The notes: generated from the letters alone by a model not told the origin. Positions 10,658-21,664 are shown, counted from the stretch's first letter. The stretch is 64,000 nt of DNA from Bdellovibrionales bacterium (GCA_965261545.1 CBDHDF010000010.1:1024001-1088000), one strand, 5' to 3'. A program made the numbers and translations.

Positions 10658-11727
10658 TCACTCTTGAGCGTCTACTTAAGGCCTGTGTTCAAGGGGGGGC
10701 CTCAGATTTACATCTTGTGGAGGGCTCGGCTCCAGCTCTGCGAGTCAATGGAAGTATTATCAGAGTTAAAACCGAAGAGCTTTTAGGACCTGATATCAAA
10801 AAAATATGCTACTCCGTGCTGACAGACGCCCAAAGAAGCACTTTTGAGAATAAAAAAGAGATTGATTTCAGCTTTGGAATTAAGGGGATTGCTCGGTTTC
10901 GTGTGAATTATTTTTATCAGAAAGGTTGTGTTTCTGCGGTTTTTAGGCGCATTCCCCTTTCGGTGCCAGAGCTTTCTACCCTCGGGCTTCCCAGTGTTAT
11001 TGAAGAAGTCACAAGACTATCAAATGGGCTCGTTTTATTGGCAGGACCTACGGGTAGTGGAAAGACAACCACTTTAGCAGCTTTGATAAATAAAGTTAAC
11101 TCGGAGAGGAGGGGACATATCATTACCATTGAAGACCCCATTGAGTTCATGCATCCACATAAAAAATGCATTGTCAATCAAAGGGAAGTAGGAGTCGACA
11201 CCAACAGTTTTGAAGATGGACTCAAGTATGCCTTGAGACAAGACCCAGACGTTTGTCTTATTGGGGAGATGCGAAGTCTTGAAACCATTGAGGCCGCCTT
11301 GAATCTTGCGGAGACGGGTCACCTTGTATTTGGAACTCTCCACACCATTTCAGCCCCCCAGACAGTCAGCCGTATTGTCTCTGTTTTTCCACCGGGGCAG
11401 CAGGAGCGAATCAGCTCGCAATTAAGTCTCGTGTTACAGGGGGTCGTTAACCAAAGGTTGATTCGAGGAGTTCGTGGGGGGAGGGTCGCCGCTTGTGAGT
11501 ATCTTCGAATGACTCCAGGTATACGAAGTCTCATTCGCGAGAATAAACTCCACCAAATTTATGGACAGATGCAATTGGGTCAGGGCAAAAGTGGAATGAT
11601 GACCTTAAATCAATCCCTCGCTCAGCTTGTCCTTGAGAGAAAAGTAGACCTCCGGCAGGCTTTTCAAACGGCCACCATGCCTGAAGAACTCGATGCTATT
11701 CTTAGAAAGGCAGAGAAAAAGTCATGA
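10654..11727 (+). CDS. pilT: Type IV pilus retraction ATPase PilT
   Basis: GASDLHL, GPTGSGKTTT, TIEDPIE, AETGHLV, IRSLIRE. Confidence 0.95.
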   Translation: MITLERLLKACVQGGASDLHLVEGSAPALRVNGSIIRVKTEELLGPDIKKICYSVLTDAQRSTFENKKEIDFSFGIKGIARFRVNYFYQKGCVSAVFRRIPLSVPELSTLGLPSVIEEVTRLSNGLVLLAGPTGSGKTTTLAALINKVNSERRGHIITIEDPIEFMHPHKKCIVNQREVGVDTNSFEDGLKYALRQDPDVCLIGEMRSLETIEAALNLAETGHLVFGTLHTISAPQTVSRIVSVFPPGQQERISSQLSLVLQGVVNQRLIRGVRGGRVAACEYLRMTPGIRSLIRENKLHQIYGQMQLGQGKSGMMTLNQSLAQLVLERKVDLRQAFQTATMPEELDAILRKAEKKS

Positions 11728-12956
11728 GTGTTTTTCAGTTTCAGGCCAAAAAAGTCAATGGAGAAGAAGTTGAAGGCGAAGTTCGAGCTGAAAGTGAGGC
11801 TGAAGCTCGCCTGAAGCTGAGAGAGCGCCAACTGGTTTCCATTGAGTTGAGCAATTTAAATAGAGGGGGGGTCTCCAAGGTCAAAAAAAGCATAGGTTTA
11901 GCCCCGAAGGTCAACTCCAAAGATCTTCGATTGTTTACGCGTCAGTTTGAGGCCCTTGTCACTTCGGGAATTCCCGTGGTTATGGGCCTGCAAGAGATGG
12001 CCAGGGGCAGTTCGGTAAATATGAGAAGTGTCGTTGAGGTGGTGGTCGAAAATCTTCAAGCGGGGCACTCCCTGAGCAATTCCATGGCTGTTTTTCCCTC
12101 AGTCTTTAGCAAATTGTATTTGAACCTCATCTCTGCTGGCGAAGAGTCGGGGGCTTTGGGAGTTATTTTAAAGCGCTTGGCGAACTATATTGAAGATGCT
12201 GATCGATTAAAGAGTCAGATGATCCGCGCCCTGTGGTACCCCATTGTGATTTTGATCATAAGTATTTTGGTGCTCAGTGTGCTTTTCATTTTTGTGGTTC
12301 CAAGTTTTATGACAATGTTTACCATGTCGGGAAAATCACTTCCATGGATCACCACGGCCGTGATTGGTACCAGCAAACTGGCGGCCTCCTACTGGTATGT
12401 GGGTATTGCGGGAATGGTGGGAGCCTACGCTCTCATCAAAATGGCTTACAAGTCAGATCAGGGACGCAAGATTTTTGACCATATTATTCTCCGCCTTCCC
12501 CTTTTTGGCCCCATTTTTCACCATGGAGCCCTGGCCAGGTCTTGTCGAGTGTTCTCTGTTCTTTTAGGCTCGAATGTGAGAGTGGTGGATTCTCTGGACA
12601 TGACGGCCCTGGCCTCGGACAATTATGTGATTGAGAAGACTTTTTTAGAGGCCAAAGAGAGGGTCATCAGTGGCCATGGGCTGGCCCAAGCCCTCGCCTT
12701 TGCTCCTGATGTGCCCGACCTTGTGGTGGATATGGTGAAGGTGGGCGAGGAGACAGGGAAACTCGATGACATGTTTGAGCATATCGCTAACTTTTATGAG
12801 GATGAAGTTGAAAACTCTGTGAAAGCTCTGATGAGTCTTATGGAGCCTTTTCTTATCGTTTTTCTCGGTGGGATTGTGGCCGTTGTGATTGTTGCCATGT
12901 ACCTTCCCATTTTTGGGCTTGCCGACAACACTGGGGGAATGGATCTCGGCATTTAG
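11724..12956 (+). CDS. pilC: PilC/GspF platform protein, copy 1
   Basis: FTRQ, AGEESG, VGEETG and AMYLPIF motifs. Confidence 0.92.
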   Translation: MSVFQFQAKKVNGEEVEGEVRAESEAEARLKLRERQLVSIELSNLNRGGVSKVKKSIGLAPKVNSKDLRLFTRQFEALVTSGIPVVMGLQEMARGSSVNMRSVVEVVVENLQAGHSLSNSMAVFPSVFSKLYLNLISAGEESGALGVILKRLANYIEDADRLKSQMIRALWYPIVILIISILVLSVLFIFVVPSFMTMFTMSGKSLPWITTAVIGTSKLAASYWYVGIAGMVGAYALIKMAYKSDQGRKIFDHIILRLPLFGPIFHHGALARSCRVFSVLLGSNVRVVDSLDMTALASDNYVIEKTFLEAKERVISGHGLAQALAFAPDVPDLVVDMVKVGEETGKLDDMFEHIANFYEDEVENSVKALMSLMEPFLIVFLGGIVAVVIVAMYLPIFGLADNTGGMDLGI

Positions 12957-13172
12957 TTTAATGAGGTGGTTTTAGTTTAGCTATCTTGACTGTTTGGGTA
13001 TATCCGACTTTTTAGCTGGAGGACTAGTGACATAGGTGGATTATGGGGGTTAAACTAAAAGAAGAGGGTTTTATATATTTTTATACTTATCTATTATTTA
13101 ATTTAGCTATAATTATTTATTGATATTGGTATTTCATGCTTTCTATCTACGATCTAAAGGATTGTGTTCACT

Positions 13173-14396
13173 ATGGGTGTATTTGTTTTTCAGGCCAAAG
13201 ATACCAGTGGGAAGATTTTAAAAGGTGAGGTCGAGGCCGCCAATGAAGTGGAGGCTCGGGTCAAAGTAAGATCCCAACAACTCATCCCTCTCAAGGTGGT
13301 CCCCAAGCAATCTCTTGCCGGGATGGAAAGCAAGAAAAACTTTTTTTCAGGGGGAGGCATTAAGCCCAAGGAGCTTCAGGTCTTCACTCGACAGTTTTCT
13401 GTTCTTATTGGTGCAGGCGTCCCCATTGTGCAGAGTTTAGATGCTCTCATGGGGCCCGGGCGCTCGCCACGTCTCAATAAAGCCATTGAAGGTGTTTTGT
13501 CGGATGTGGAGAGAGGGCAATCCTTGGCCTCTTCCATGGGGAAATTTCCAGAAATCTTTGATAAAATGTATGTCAATTTGATACTGGCAGGTGAGGAAGG
13601 CGGAGTTCTCGATACGGTTCTCTTGCGCCTTGCCTCATATATCGAAAAGTCTGTTAAACTTAAAAGCAAGATCATGCGTGGACTTTGGTATCCCGGCGCT
13701 ATTGTCTTTGTGGCATGCCTTGTGATTTCAGCGATTCTTATCTTTGTGATCCCCACTTTTGTTGAAATGTTTTCTCAGTTGGGCAAAGAGCTTCCGGCTC
13801 TCACTAGGATGGTTATAAATGTCAGCGGCATGTTTCAAACTTACTGGTATCTCGTTCTTGGAGGTCTCTTCGGGGGACCCATTGCTTTAAGTCGGTATCA
13901 TAAATCCACTGAGGGAAGGAAGGTGGTCGATAAACTTCTTCTCTCCATCCCCATTTTTGGGGTTTTGGTGAGAAAGGGGGCCATTGCCAGATTTTCTCGC
14001 ACATTATCCACACTTCTCGCCGCAGGTGTGAGGTTGATGGAGTCCTTGGAAATTGCCGCCTCAACATCGGGAAATTATCTTATTGAAAATGACTTGATCA
14101 GCTCCAAGGAATCTATCAGTAGAGGGCGAACCATGGCCGAGCCCCTAAGAAAATCAGAGCAAATTCCCGATATGGTGGCTCAGATGATTGAAGTGGGTGA
14201 GCAGACGGGGAATATCGATGTCATGCTAGAAAAAATTGCTGATTTTTACGAAGACGAGGTTGAGGGAACCGCCGAAGCCATCTCCAGTTTGATCGAGCCC
14301 ATATTGATGGTTGTTCTCGGTGGGGTCATTGCTCTTCTCGTTGGAGCTATGTATCTGCCTGTCTTTGACATTGCCTCCGTGGTTGGTGGAGTGTGA
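13173..14396 (+). CDS. pilC: PilC/GspF platform protein, copy 2
   Basis: FTRQFS, AGEEGGVLD, VGEQTG and AMYLPVF motifs. Confidence 0.94.
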   Translation: MGVFVFQAKDTSGKILKGEVEAANEVEARVKVRSQQLIPLKVVPKQSLAGMESKKNFFSGGGIKPKELQVFTRQFSVLIGAGVPIVQSLDALMGPGRSPRLNKAIEGVLSDVERGQSLASSMGKFPEIFDKMYVNLILAGEEGGVLDTVLLRLASYIEKSVKLKSKIMRGLWYPGAIVFVACLVISAILIFVIPTFVEMFSQLGKELPALTRMVINVSGMFQTYWYLVLGGLFGGPIALSRYHKSTEGRKVVDKLLLSIPIFGVLVRKGAIARFSRTLSTLLAAGVRLMESLEIAASTSGNYLIENDLISSKESISRGRTMAEPLRKSEQIPDMVAQMIEVGEQTGNIDVMLEKIADFYEDEVEGTAEAISSLIEPILMVVLGGVIALLVGAMYLPVFDIASVVGGV

Positions 14397-14430
14397 AATC
14401 AAAAGTACAAATTCCATGGAGGCAGACTTC

Positions 14431-16110
14431 ATGGGAGTGAAAGCCTTACCTTTGTTGGATGATTCTCAAATCTTCTTGGTGAAGAACGTAAGAGTCATCT
14501 TGTTATTTTGTATTTCTATTATCTTTCTCATTTTTCAAGCCAACCAACCTCATTTTATCAATTTTGAAGTCTTTATCCCTGTTTTTACATTGCTGTCGAT
14601 TTCATTTCTAATAAATAGTTTTTTCCTCACCTTGTTTGAGAAAGCTTTTTCTAAGTCTTGGGTTCAGGGGCTTCTTTTTGCCTACGATGCCCTTTGTATA
14701 TTCATTCTGGCTTTTTATACAGGTCAACAAACCTCTATATTTATATTCTTATTCCTCGTTAATATTATTTTATGTGGTGTGATTCATCAAAGAGGTGGTG
14801 CTTTTGTCTTATCTCTTTGGACCTCCATCCTTTTTAGTGCTCTTGTCATATTTAGTGGAGTTGAGGTTCAGGCCAGTGTGGGGGCCTCTGTGGTTGTCAA
14901 TAATTTGTCTTTTTTTGCCGTGGCTCTTCTCAGTGGTATCTTGGGTCACAAGATTCAAAATTTAGATGAAACTGTGAGCCTTAAAGAAAAGCATATTCAA
15001 AGTCTCGCCCATCTCAACGACCTTATTGTTGAGAATATAGGGACGGGGCTTGTCACCATAGATCGGTGGGGGGCGATTCATCACTCCAACCCATTTGTAG
15101 ATAATTTATTTCATGATCATGAACTGCCTGTTCAAAAACTACCTGTTCAGAGCCTCAAAGGCCAAAGTTTATACAATTATTTGCCTCAGCTGAGAGGAGA
15201 GTTCAGGCCCGATGAAAAGACGTCTTTAAGTGCGCTTTCCCCCACCCACCGATTGGAAATGGAGTGGGAGGACAAAGTGCTGGAAATCATTTGGTCCAAC
15301 ACTTATGACCCCATAAGTGAGTTTTATGGCTATACCCTGCTGATCCAGGATTTAACAAAAATAAAGAACTTAGAAAGGGCTGTGAGGCAGCAAGAGAAGC
15401 TCGCCGCAGTGGGGCAACTGGCCGCGGGGATCGCCCATGAAATTCGCAACCCCCTTACCAGTATGAGTGGTAGTATACAGTTGCTGGCGGCTGGGAACTC
15501 GACCCTGACAACTGAGGAGAGAAAGCTCATGGGAATTGTGAGCAAAGAGATGGATCGCCTCAACCATCTGATTTCAGAATTTTTAGAGTATGTGAAACCC
15601 ACAACTCGTGGGAAAAAAGAACCCGTGAATATCAATCTTATTCTGTCTGAAGTTTTAGAAATGGTGAAATTTAATAAGGACCTGCCCAAGGATATTCAGC
15701 AGACCATGAAGCTTGAGGCCAAAAATTGGATTCATGGGCACCATGGAAAACTTAAGCAAGCTTTTTTGAATATTATCATCAATGCTTATCAATCCATGTC
15801 GAAAAATGAGAAGGGAATGATTAGTGCCGAGACCTTTGAAGATGGCAACAACCATCTCGTGGTTGAAATTAAAGATACAGGTGAGGGCATAGAAGAAAAA
15901 ACAATTCATCGCATTTTTGAACCATTTCATACGACCAAAGCCAAGGGCACAGGCTTAGGGCTCGCCATGACTTACAAAATTCTAGAGAATCATGGGGCAG
16001 ATATCCAGGTTAAGAGTAAAAAAGACATAGGAACAACATTTCTATTAAGATTTCCACTCTCTCCGACGATAGGACAAGGTGAGGAGAATACAAATGTAAC
16101 AGCTGGCTAG
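14431..16110 (+). CDS. pilS: Sensor histidine kinase PilS
   Basis: Multi-TM N-terminus, PAS-like region, AHEIRNPL, GTGLGL; GGAGG RBS before 14431. Confidence 0.9.
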   Translation: MGVKALPLLDDSQIFLVKNVRVILLFCISIIFLIFQANQPHFINFEVFIPVFTLLSISFLINSFFLTLFEKAFSKSWVQGLLFAYDALCIFILAFYTGQQTSIFIFLFLVNIILCGVIHQRGGAFVLSLWTSILFSALVIFSGVEVQASVGASVVVNNLSFFAVALLSGILGHKIQNLDETVSLKEKHIQSLAHLNDLIVENIGTGLVTIDRWGAIHHSNPFVDNLFHDHELPVQKLPVQSLKGQSLYNYLPQLRGEFRPDEKTSLSALSPTHRLEMEWEDKVLEIIWSNTYDPISEFYGYTLLIQDLTKIKNLERAVRQQEKLAAVGQLAAGIAHEIRNPLTSMSGSIQLLAAGNSTLTTEERKLMGIVSKEMDRLNHLISEFLEYVKPTTRGKKEPVNINLILSEVLEMVKFNKDLPKDIQQTMKLEAKNWIHGHHGKLKQAFLNIIINAYQSMSKNEKGMISAETFEDGNNHLVVEIKDTGEGIEEKTIHRIFEPFHTTKAKGTGLGLAMTYKILENHGADIQVKSKKDIGTTFLLRFPLSPTIGQGEENTNVTAG

Positions 16111-16158
16111 CAGTTGGCCCTCCGACCTTAATCATGGTAAAATAGAAAAGGGAAACCT

Positions 16159-17604
16159 ATGAAACCTCGAATCTTAGTGGTTGACGATGAAGCATCCATT
16201 CGTGAGTTCTTGGAAATCATGCTTAAAAAAGATGGCTATGAAGTCACACTGGCAGAAGATGGCCAAAGAGCCCTCGACCTTCTCGAAAAGAAATCATTTG
16301 ATCTCATTATTTCTGATATGCAAATGCCCCATGTGACAGGGATGGAATTGCTGAAAAAGGTGAAAGTAGATCGTCCCGAAGTGCCCCTTATGATGATCAC
16401 AGCTTTTGGGAGCACAGAGACTGCTGTGGAGGCCATGAAACTTGGGGCCTATGACTATATCACCAAACCCTTTGATGTGGACGAAGTACGGATCAATATC
16501 GCCCATGCTCTGAGAAGTCATCAGTTAGAGGTGGAAAACAGGACCTTAAAGAAAGAACTTAATCAAGAATATAGTTTTCAAAACTTAGTGGGCCACTCAG
16601 AGCCCATGCAAAGGATTTTTGATTTGATCAGACGAGTTTCTCAAGCCCCCACCAATATCCTCATCACAGGGGAAAGTGGAACTGGCAAAGAAATGATTGC
16701 CAAGGCCATTCATTACAATGGGCCTGTGGCAAAAAAGCCATTTGTTCCCGTGAATTGTGGAGCGATTCCTGAGTCTCTCATGGAGTCTGAAATGTTTGGT
16801 CATAAGAAAGGATCTTTTACGGGAGCCGTGAGCGATAAAGTCGGTCTTTTTGAAAGTGCTGATGGAGGCACTCTTTTTCTCGATGAGGTGGGTGAATTAC
16901 CCATTTCTATTCAGGCTAAGTTTTTGCGTGCTCTTCAGGAGAGAATGATTCGAAGGGTGGGTTCCGTGGAAGATACACCCATCAATATAAGAATTATCGC
17001 CGCCACCAACTGTGATCTTCACTCCATGGTGGATAGTGGTACATTTAGGCAGGATTTGTACTATCGTTTAAATGTGATTAATATTCAAGCCCCCTCTTTG
17101 CAAGATCGGCCTGAGGATATTCCCTTTTTGGCTCAACACTTTTTAAAGAAATACAATGAGGCTTTGGGAAAAAACATTGGAGGCATTGCCGAAGAAACCA
17201 TGGAACTTCTATCCAGCTACTCTTACCCTGGAAATGTGCGTGAGTTGGAAAATATTATTGAAAGAACAGTGGCTCTTGAGCCTGGAGCGACGATTCTTCC
17301 AGAAAGCCTTCCTCCTCTAGTGGTGACACCACTGGGGAGAAAAATGGCTTCCAGCCATGAAATTGAAGTGACAGATGAAGGGCTCGATCTAGATAAGGTG
17401 ATAGGTCAAATTGAAAAAGAGCTTCTGATAAAGGCCATTCACACCAGTGGTGGGGTAAAGAAGAAGGCCGCTCGACTCCTCAATATTTCTTTCCGATCCA
17501 TGCGTTATCGAGTTAACAAATATAGCCTTGGCTCCGATGATGATGAGTTCGATGGTATGGAGGAAGTTCAAGAAGAAAATCGTCTTAGAAGACCTGCAAG
17601 TTAG
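16159..17604 (+). CDS. pilR: Sigma-54 response regulator PilR
   Basis: Receiver domain, GESGTGKE, GSFTGA, GNVRELEN, C-terminal HTH; follows pilS. Confidence 0.9.
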   Translation: MKPRILVVDDEASIREFLEIMLKKDGYEVTLAEDGQRALDLLEKKSFDLIISDMQMPHVTGMELLKKVKVDRPEVPLMMITAFGSTETAVEAMKLGAYDYITKPFDVDEVRINIAHALRSHQLEVENRTLKKELNQEYSFQNLVGHSEPMQRIFDLIRRVSQAPTNILITGESGTGKEMIAKAIHYNGPVAKKPFVPVNCGAIPESLMESEMFGHKKGSFTGAVSDKVGLFESADGGTLFLDEVGELPISIQAKFLRALQERMIRRVGSVEDTPINIRIIAATNCDLHSMVDSGTFRQDLYYRLNVINIQAPSLQDRPEDIPFLAQHFLKKYNEALGKNIGGIAEETMELLSSYSYPGNVRELENIIERTVALEPGATILPESLPPLVVTPLGRKMASSHEIEVTDEGLDLDKVIGQIEKELLIKAIHTSGGVKKKAARLLNISFRSMRYRVNKYSLGSDDDEFDGMEEVQEENRLRRPAS

Positions 17605-17720
17605 AAGATGGAGCCTATAACAACTTACTTCCCCAAGGAAGGAAGGGCTCAACCTCAGCAAGGGATCAACCCCAGCGCTTAACACGGATTTAGCTTTCAG
17701 TTTTCCGTTTTGAACTCGGG

Positions 17721-19385
17721 CTAACCTGAGTTTGAACAACTCCCGCCACCGAGAACACAAAATTTTGCACAATGGTGGTGGTTGAGTTTGATCTTTTTCC
17801 ACGACTCTCTCAAGGATGTTCCCATTTCAAATGCCTGATCATAGGGGAGAAGAGTGCAGGCCACCACAGAGGGGTGTTGCCCCTTTCTCTTTACCACCAT
17901 GCGAGATGTTGCGCACATCATGTCCTGGGGTTGAACCTTGAGAATATCCCAACATTTTGTGGTGATTTCTGGAACTTCTACTGTCTCATCCATCTCTGGA
18001 AAGAGGACGAGCCTTTGAGGGTTAAAAGCATCGATATCGATATTGTTCTCATGAAACATTTTTTGGTAACCCTTGCGCATACTTTCTATGGATTCACCCC
18101 AGAGGGTGCGCCCACCCACAGTGGGCTGAAAACCAGATTTTGAAAGCCACTGGAGTCCTTGGATGGTGGGCTCCCAAGATCTCATGCCCCTTTCGAGGGT
18201 ATGTTTTTCTTTTTTATAGTGATCAATAGAGACACGTATTTTCAGGGAGGAACCATAGGTTTGGCAAAGCCCTAAGAGTTCTTCTGATTTTTTCATCATC
18301 GGCTTCATTCCATTGGTTAAGACCAAAACTTGGAATCCCCTAGAAAGACTAAGTTTTAAGGTGTCGATGATGTGGGGATTCATAAAGGGTTCTCCACCAG
18401 TGAAACCAATTTCTTGAGTTCCCATTTTTTCTTGATGTATTTCATCAAGAAAGACTTGCACCTCTTCGGTGGTTATATAGGAAAGGCGATCATTTTTAGG
18501 ACTCGACTCAATATAACAGTGATGACAAGTTAAGTTACATAGCGTTCCGGTGTTAAACCAAAGGGTTTGAAGTTGAGTGGGGGCGACCCACGCACGAGCT
18601 TCACCTTTGGCAGTCACGTCGGAATGGCTAAACTTCTGAGATGGATTTATTTCTAACATTTTGGCTCCTTTTGGTTCTTTCTGTTTAGGTGGCTCTTTTG
18701 GTTCTTGGGAGTCTTGTGATGGCAAAAAGACTTGAAATTGTGGGTCTATGCTGGCCAATTGTTGGAGCTCTTTGAGGGTGTCCACATCAAAAAGTTGGGA
18801 GAGAAATGTAAGTTCACCTATGCCTTGAAGAGAGTGGGCTAAGGCTTTTGCCGTGCTTGGTTGGCTGTAGGCTGTGGATAGCCATAGAGACTCTGAAATA
18901 TGCTTCTTTCCACCAAAAAGATAAAAACCACCATCGTTTGCGGGGCCCATGACAAAGTCAAAGTTTAAAAGTTCTTTGTGAGCCTGAATATAGTGCTGAG
19001 TGCGCAGCTGAGGTGAGTCAGCGCCTATCATCAAAACAAAATCATAGCTTTGTATTAAAAAACTGTAAATGTGGTGAAGCCTTGCTCCGAGCCCTCCCCG
19101 TGTTTGTAGGAGAGTGGGAAAGCCTTCCCATATTGGGTTGCAAAGCCCCTCTTTCTCAGTAACAGCCCAGTGGGGAAAAAAGATGTTTGAGTCGAGAAGA
19201 GAGAGTTGTTCTTCAATGCATTTCAGGCTAGCCCTATAAAAGGAGTGGGCTTTGTCTGTTCCAATGCTTTTAGCAAGACGTGTTTTGAGGGGAGTGAGTC
19301 CCGGCGTTTTTACAAAAATCGCAATGGCACAGCTCTTAATAGAAACAGGACCTTGAAGAGGTTTTTTTTTAACAATTTCTGTCAA
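17721..19385 (-). CDS. DUF2064/TIGR04282-like transferase fused in frame to a radical SAM protein
   Basis: N-half: IFVKTP...KTRL, GADSP, GPANDGGFYL, DVDT. C-half: CNLTCHHC, FTGGEP, CATSRM, HHHCAKFC. Confidence 0.85.
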   Translation of the reverse strand: MTEIVKKKPLQGPVSIKSCAIAIFVKTPGLTPLKTRLAKSIGTDKAHSFYRASLKCIEEQLSLLDSNIFFPHWAVTEKEGLCNPIWEGFPTLLQTRGGLGARLHHIYSFLIQSYDFVLMIGADSPQLRTQHYIQAHKELLNFDFVMGPANDGGFYLFGGKKHISESLWLSTAYSQPSTAKALAHSLQGIGELTFLSQLFDVDTLKELQQLASIDPQFQVFLPSQDSQEPKEPPKQKEPKGAKMLEINPSQKFSHSDVTAKGEARAWVAPTQLQTLWFNTGTLCNLTCHHCYIESSPKNDRLSYITTEEVQVFLDEIHQEKMGTQEIGFTGGEPFMNPHIIDTLKLSLSRGFQVLVLTNGMKPMMKKSEELLGLCQTYGSSLKIRVSIDHYKKEKHTLERGMRSWEPTIQGLQWLSKSGFQPTVGGRTLWGESIESMRKGYQKMFHENNIDIDAFNPQRLVLFPEMDETVEVPEITTKCWDILKVQPQDMMCATSRMVVKRKGQHPSVVACTLLPYDQAFEMGTSLRESWKKIKLNHHHCAKFCVLGGGSCSNSG

Positions 19386-19492
19386 TATTTCACTTTCATG
19401 GGGGTGATTCTATCGATGTAAGTGTTGCATATGCCTATTTGTAAGGTGAGGATGACATAATAAAGGAAGTGTGCCAAGGCAAAAAAAATAGG

Positions 19493-20503
19493 CTATAGCG
19501 TCTTTTTGATAAAGCGAGACACTCTAGTCGTATAGCCCTTGGGAATTCGAATTTTGTGTTGATTAACAAACTTTGGGACAAAGCCCTTAGTCAATTCGGG
19601 ATTCAAACTAAACAAGCGGTTTTGATGAATGCCGAGAAAACTAGCAAGGTTGACCAGATCTGTACCTCCTGGTACATGAAAAAAATCATAGCGATGGGGA
19701 GACATAGGTTGGACCTTCTTCAAGCCATAGAGCTTTGGAGCTTTTGCAATAACCATAGCCGCAATAATTTTTGGGATATACTCCCTTGTTTCTCGGGGAA
19801 AGTCGCTTTTTTCAGCCAGTCTCCAAAAATTATCGGTTCCATGTTTTTTAATAAGCCTCTTGAGGCGGCCCTCTCCCATATTATAGGCTGATGCTGTTAG
19901 GTGCCAAGAGCCAAACATTTTATACAAATCTCCAAGATAAGAAGCAGCTGCCGCTGTGCTTTTTGAAAAATCTCTTCTTTCATCCAGCCACCAATTCACC
20001 TGGAGCCCATATCGGTGGGCTGTTGGTTTTATAAACTGCCAATACCCCACAGCTTGAGCATGACTTGTGGCCCTCGGTGAGAATCCGCTTTCAATCATGG
20101 CAATATAGAATAAGTCTTGAGGGAGCCCTTTGTTTGTGAGTGCTTCTTGCATCAATTTTCTATACCTAAAGGACCTTGAAATATACTTTGTCATATGGGC
20201 TTTTCCTTTTGTTTGAAAGTACTTCACCCACTTTTGCACTTTTTTGTTATAGGTAATGGGAATATCAAAATGAAGAGTTCTTCGAGGCGCTCTCCATTTT
20301 TTAGAGTTGGCGTGAAGAGCCCCCTGGTGGGATTGAAAGTTATGGCGAATCTTTGCGATGTTGGGCGACTGCGGCTGTGTATCTGCCCACGTATCCATAG
20401 AATTCATAGAAATGCCAAGCCACAAAATAAGAAAGCCAACACGAAAGCGAACACGAAAGCGAAATAAGAAATAGATCATTTGAAAAAACATGTGATAGAA
20501 CAT
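19493..20503 (-). CDS. Lytic murein transglycosylase, MltD-like
   Basis: IESGF, AVGYWQF, AYNMGEG, ETREYIPK. Confidence 0.9.
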   Translation of the reverse strand: MFYHMFFQMIYFLFRFRVRFRVGFLILWLGISMNSMDTWADTQPQSPNIAKIRHNFQSHQGALHANSKKWRAPRRTLHFDIPITYNKKVQKWVKYFQTKGKAHMTKYISRSFRYRKLMQEALTNKGLPQDLFYIAMIESGFSPRATSHAQAVGYWQFIKPTAHRYGLQVNWWLDERRDFSKSTAAAASYLGDLYKMFGSWHLTASAYNMGEGRLKRLIKKHGTDNFWRLAEKSDFPRETREYIPKIIAAMVIAKAPKLYGLKKVQPMSPHRYDFFHVPGGTDLVNLASFLGIHQNRLFSLNPELTKGFVPKFVNQHKIRIPKGYTTRVSRFIKKTL

Positions 20504-20657
20504 GAGGTTATTATAGAACTGAGTGAGAAGATCTTCAAATAAATGAGTGAGTATTTTGTCATAAGATATAAGGCTTAAGACAGAATTTTCTATTCATTCT
20601 CGTCAAATTTATGACACGACTTGACCTTTACAATGGCTTTTTAAGGTCATACCATAG

Positions 20658-21401
20658 GTGAGGGAGGAGTTTGGTAGGATGAACCTTTTGCAAAACATAT
20701 TATCCCCCCTCGCCCCTTGGCAAACACAAAGCCAGCAACTTAGAAGAGTTTGTCTCATGAATTCCCAAACTATTTACAAAAAAGCTCTTCAAGAGGCAAA
20801 CAACTCTCGCATCGAATTTGAAAATGCCATGTACCAAATCATCACAGAGCCTAGTCAACCCCATAGATTAAAGTCCAAGTCCTCAATACTCAATTTAGAC
20901 AAGCGAATTCAAATGGTTTCCCAAAGCCTAAAAAGTACAAAAGTGACAGGAGCCGCTCTTGATATTGAGGTGTGGGGATGCGGCTTCTTATCCTTACAAA
21001 TGAATGGGCAAGTCGTCTACACAAGAGGGGGATCTTTTAAGCAAGGCTCCAATGGACGCATTGAAAACCTCCGGGGCCACATACTTCTACCTGAAATTTT
21101 CATTCCCACACAAGCTTATGGTATCCACATTACATCCAGTGGTTTGGTCAGTTATCTTGACTCAAAAAACGGATGCCCCCAAGAAGCTGGCTGTATAAAA
21201 TTAGCCCTTTTTGCCAACTCCGCAGGTCTAAAGAGTATAGGTTCTCATTTGTACGTCCCCACCACAAAAAGTGGTCCCCCAGAGTTGGGAATTCCCCAAA
21301 TAGGGCTCTTTGGAAGCCTTCAGCAGGGACGGCTGAGAAACTATGCCTATCTTCATGACATGCTTGAGAACTTGAGCCTTATCAAATCTTGGTTATGGTA
21401 G
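20658..21401 (+). CDS. Divergent flagellar basal-body rod protein, FlgG-like
   Basis: TGAALDIEVWGCGF, YTRGGSF, LALFANSAGL...G.HLY, GSLQQG; the usual N-terminal NNLAN and C-terminal SNV motifs are not recognisable. Confidence 0.7.
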   Translation: MREEFGRMNLLQNILSPLAPWQTQSQQLRRVCLMNSQTIYKKALQEANNSRIEFENAMYQIITEPSQPHRLKSKSSILNLDKRIQMVSQSLKSTKVTGAALDIEVWGCGFLSLQMNGQVVYTRGGSFKQGSNGRIENLRGHILLPEIFIPTQAYGIHITSSGLVSYLDSKNGCPQEAGCIKLALFANSAGLKSIGSHLYVPTTKSGPPELGIPQIGLFGSLQQGRLRNYAYLHDMLENLSLIKSWLW

Positions 21402-21664
21402 ATATCTACAAGAAAAACACCGTAAATATCTAGCCTTTCGTTGCTAATATAAGGATTATAGATAAAAGTAGAAGAATTTATCTAAAAAAATCCTTTTAGT
21501 ATGTTTAAGTTGTAGTTATATTCCAATATGATAATATAATTCTTAGGAAATAGATTTAGAAAGGGTCCAACGGGCATCTTTCATAGAACAAACTATTTCA
21601 ACAAAATAGTTTGTGGCAGCTCTTGTAAAAGGAAGCGGTACGTGATGTTACGAGGAGGAAAGAG

